A stretch of DNA of 25,312 nt from Abditibacteriaceae bacterium (lineage in GTDB: Bacteria > Armatimonadota > Abditibacteriia > Abditibacteriales > Abditibacteriaceae). This document shows positions 24,891 through 25,312 of the stretch, piece by piece (the first letter of the stretch is position 1; each line of letters begins with the position of its first letter). The stretch spans positions 1 through 25,312 of the forward strand of contig JANMKN010000303.1 in NCBI GenBank assembly GCA_031372065.1, written 5' to 3'. The notes below the pieces were generated by a model, which was given only the letters and a program-made list of their open reading frames with translations, made no database searches and was not told the origin of the DNA. The translations under genes and the position numbers were made by a program.

Positions 24891-25312
24891 TTAGGGAACG
24901 ATTTCAAAAACACCCCGGTTTCCAATTCGATAGGCATGGAAGTGAATATCCGCGAAAGTCGAAGAGTCTCGACCAGAGTCACCAGCGAAGCGTCCGCTAA
25001 GTCCATCGGCGCATCGCGGTATTGCTCCATGAGTCCCGCAATGCGACGCAATTGATCGTCATCGGCACTTTGCACTTGCAAAACTCCGCGCCACACGAAT
25101 TGCCAGAGCGCCGCCTGCGCTTCCCAACCACGCGCCTTGCCTAAAAAGTGCATGGCTTCGGTCAGACAGGGCCATGTCGTCACGAGCGGCCCCGATAGCG
25201 CCGAAAGCCCCGATAGCGCCGAAAGCGCCGAAAGCGCCGAAAGCGCCGAAAGCGCCGAAAGCGCCGAAAGCGCCGAAAGCGCCGAAAGCGCCGAAAGCGC
25301 CGAAAGCGCCGA
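24891..25312 (-). pseudogene. PIN-domain (VapC-like) toxin, frameshifted near the 3' end, 5' end not in window
   Basis: Contains PLVTTWPCLTEAMHFL and YRDAPMDLADASLV. After RIFT the expected LD is missing, and the family-like end HFHAYRIGNRGVFEIVP* lies in another frame (stop at 24893-24891). Confidence 0.75.
25191..25312. repeat. 9-bp tandem repeat (AGCGCCGAA)n running to the window end
   Basis: About 13 units including two CCCGATAG variants. On the minus strand it reads (LSA)n-LSG-LSA-LSG in frame with the PIN gene. Confidence 0.95.

Overview
A GC-rich bacterial chromosomal segment of mostly housekeeping and metabolic genes. The gene mix (futalosine-pathway mqnD, class I-like xylose isomerase, heptamer intergenic hairpins) suggests an Armatimonadota/Abditibacteriota-like or similar soil organism, but this is only a guess. 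Both ends look like assembly break points. On the left is the end of an IS1-family element that has cut off the 5' part of a VOC/CatE-like gene. On the right is a 9-bp tandem array inside a frameshifted PIN/VapC toxin gene. Gene order between them: DinB-like protein, 2Fe-2S ferredoxin, argS, rfbC, a lone 1277-aa BrxC/DUF6079-like P-loop ATPase behind a consensus sigma70 promoter, queC, a 41-bp-period repeat array with a flipped core, an ATP-grasp remnant, a large secreted protein, a Tat-lipoprotein Rieske protein, a triple helical-repeat protein, a beta-hydroxyacid dehydrogenase, mqnD, elbB, a Rieske ferredoxin, a 21-bp degenerate array, a CarH/LitR-like B12 regulator with a candidate 11-bp-repeat operator, an acid phosphatase, a MITE carrying a long palindrome, xylA, a discoidin-like protein, a three-gene signalling cluster and a PlsC-family acyltransferase. 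The best candidate for an undescribed system is the orphan BREX-like ATPase next to queC, although a separate queC promoter argues against a link. All family calls come from reading motifs by eye; no searches were run.
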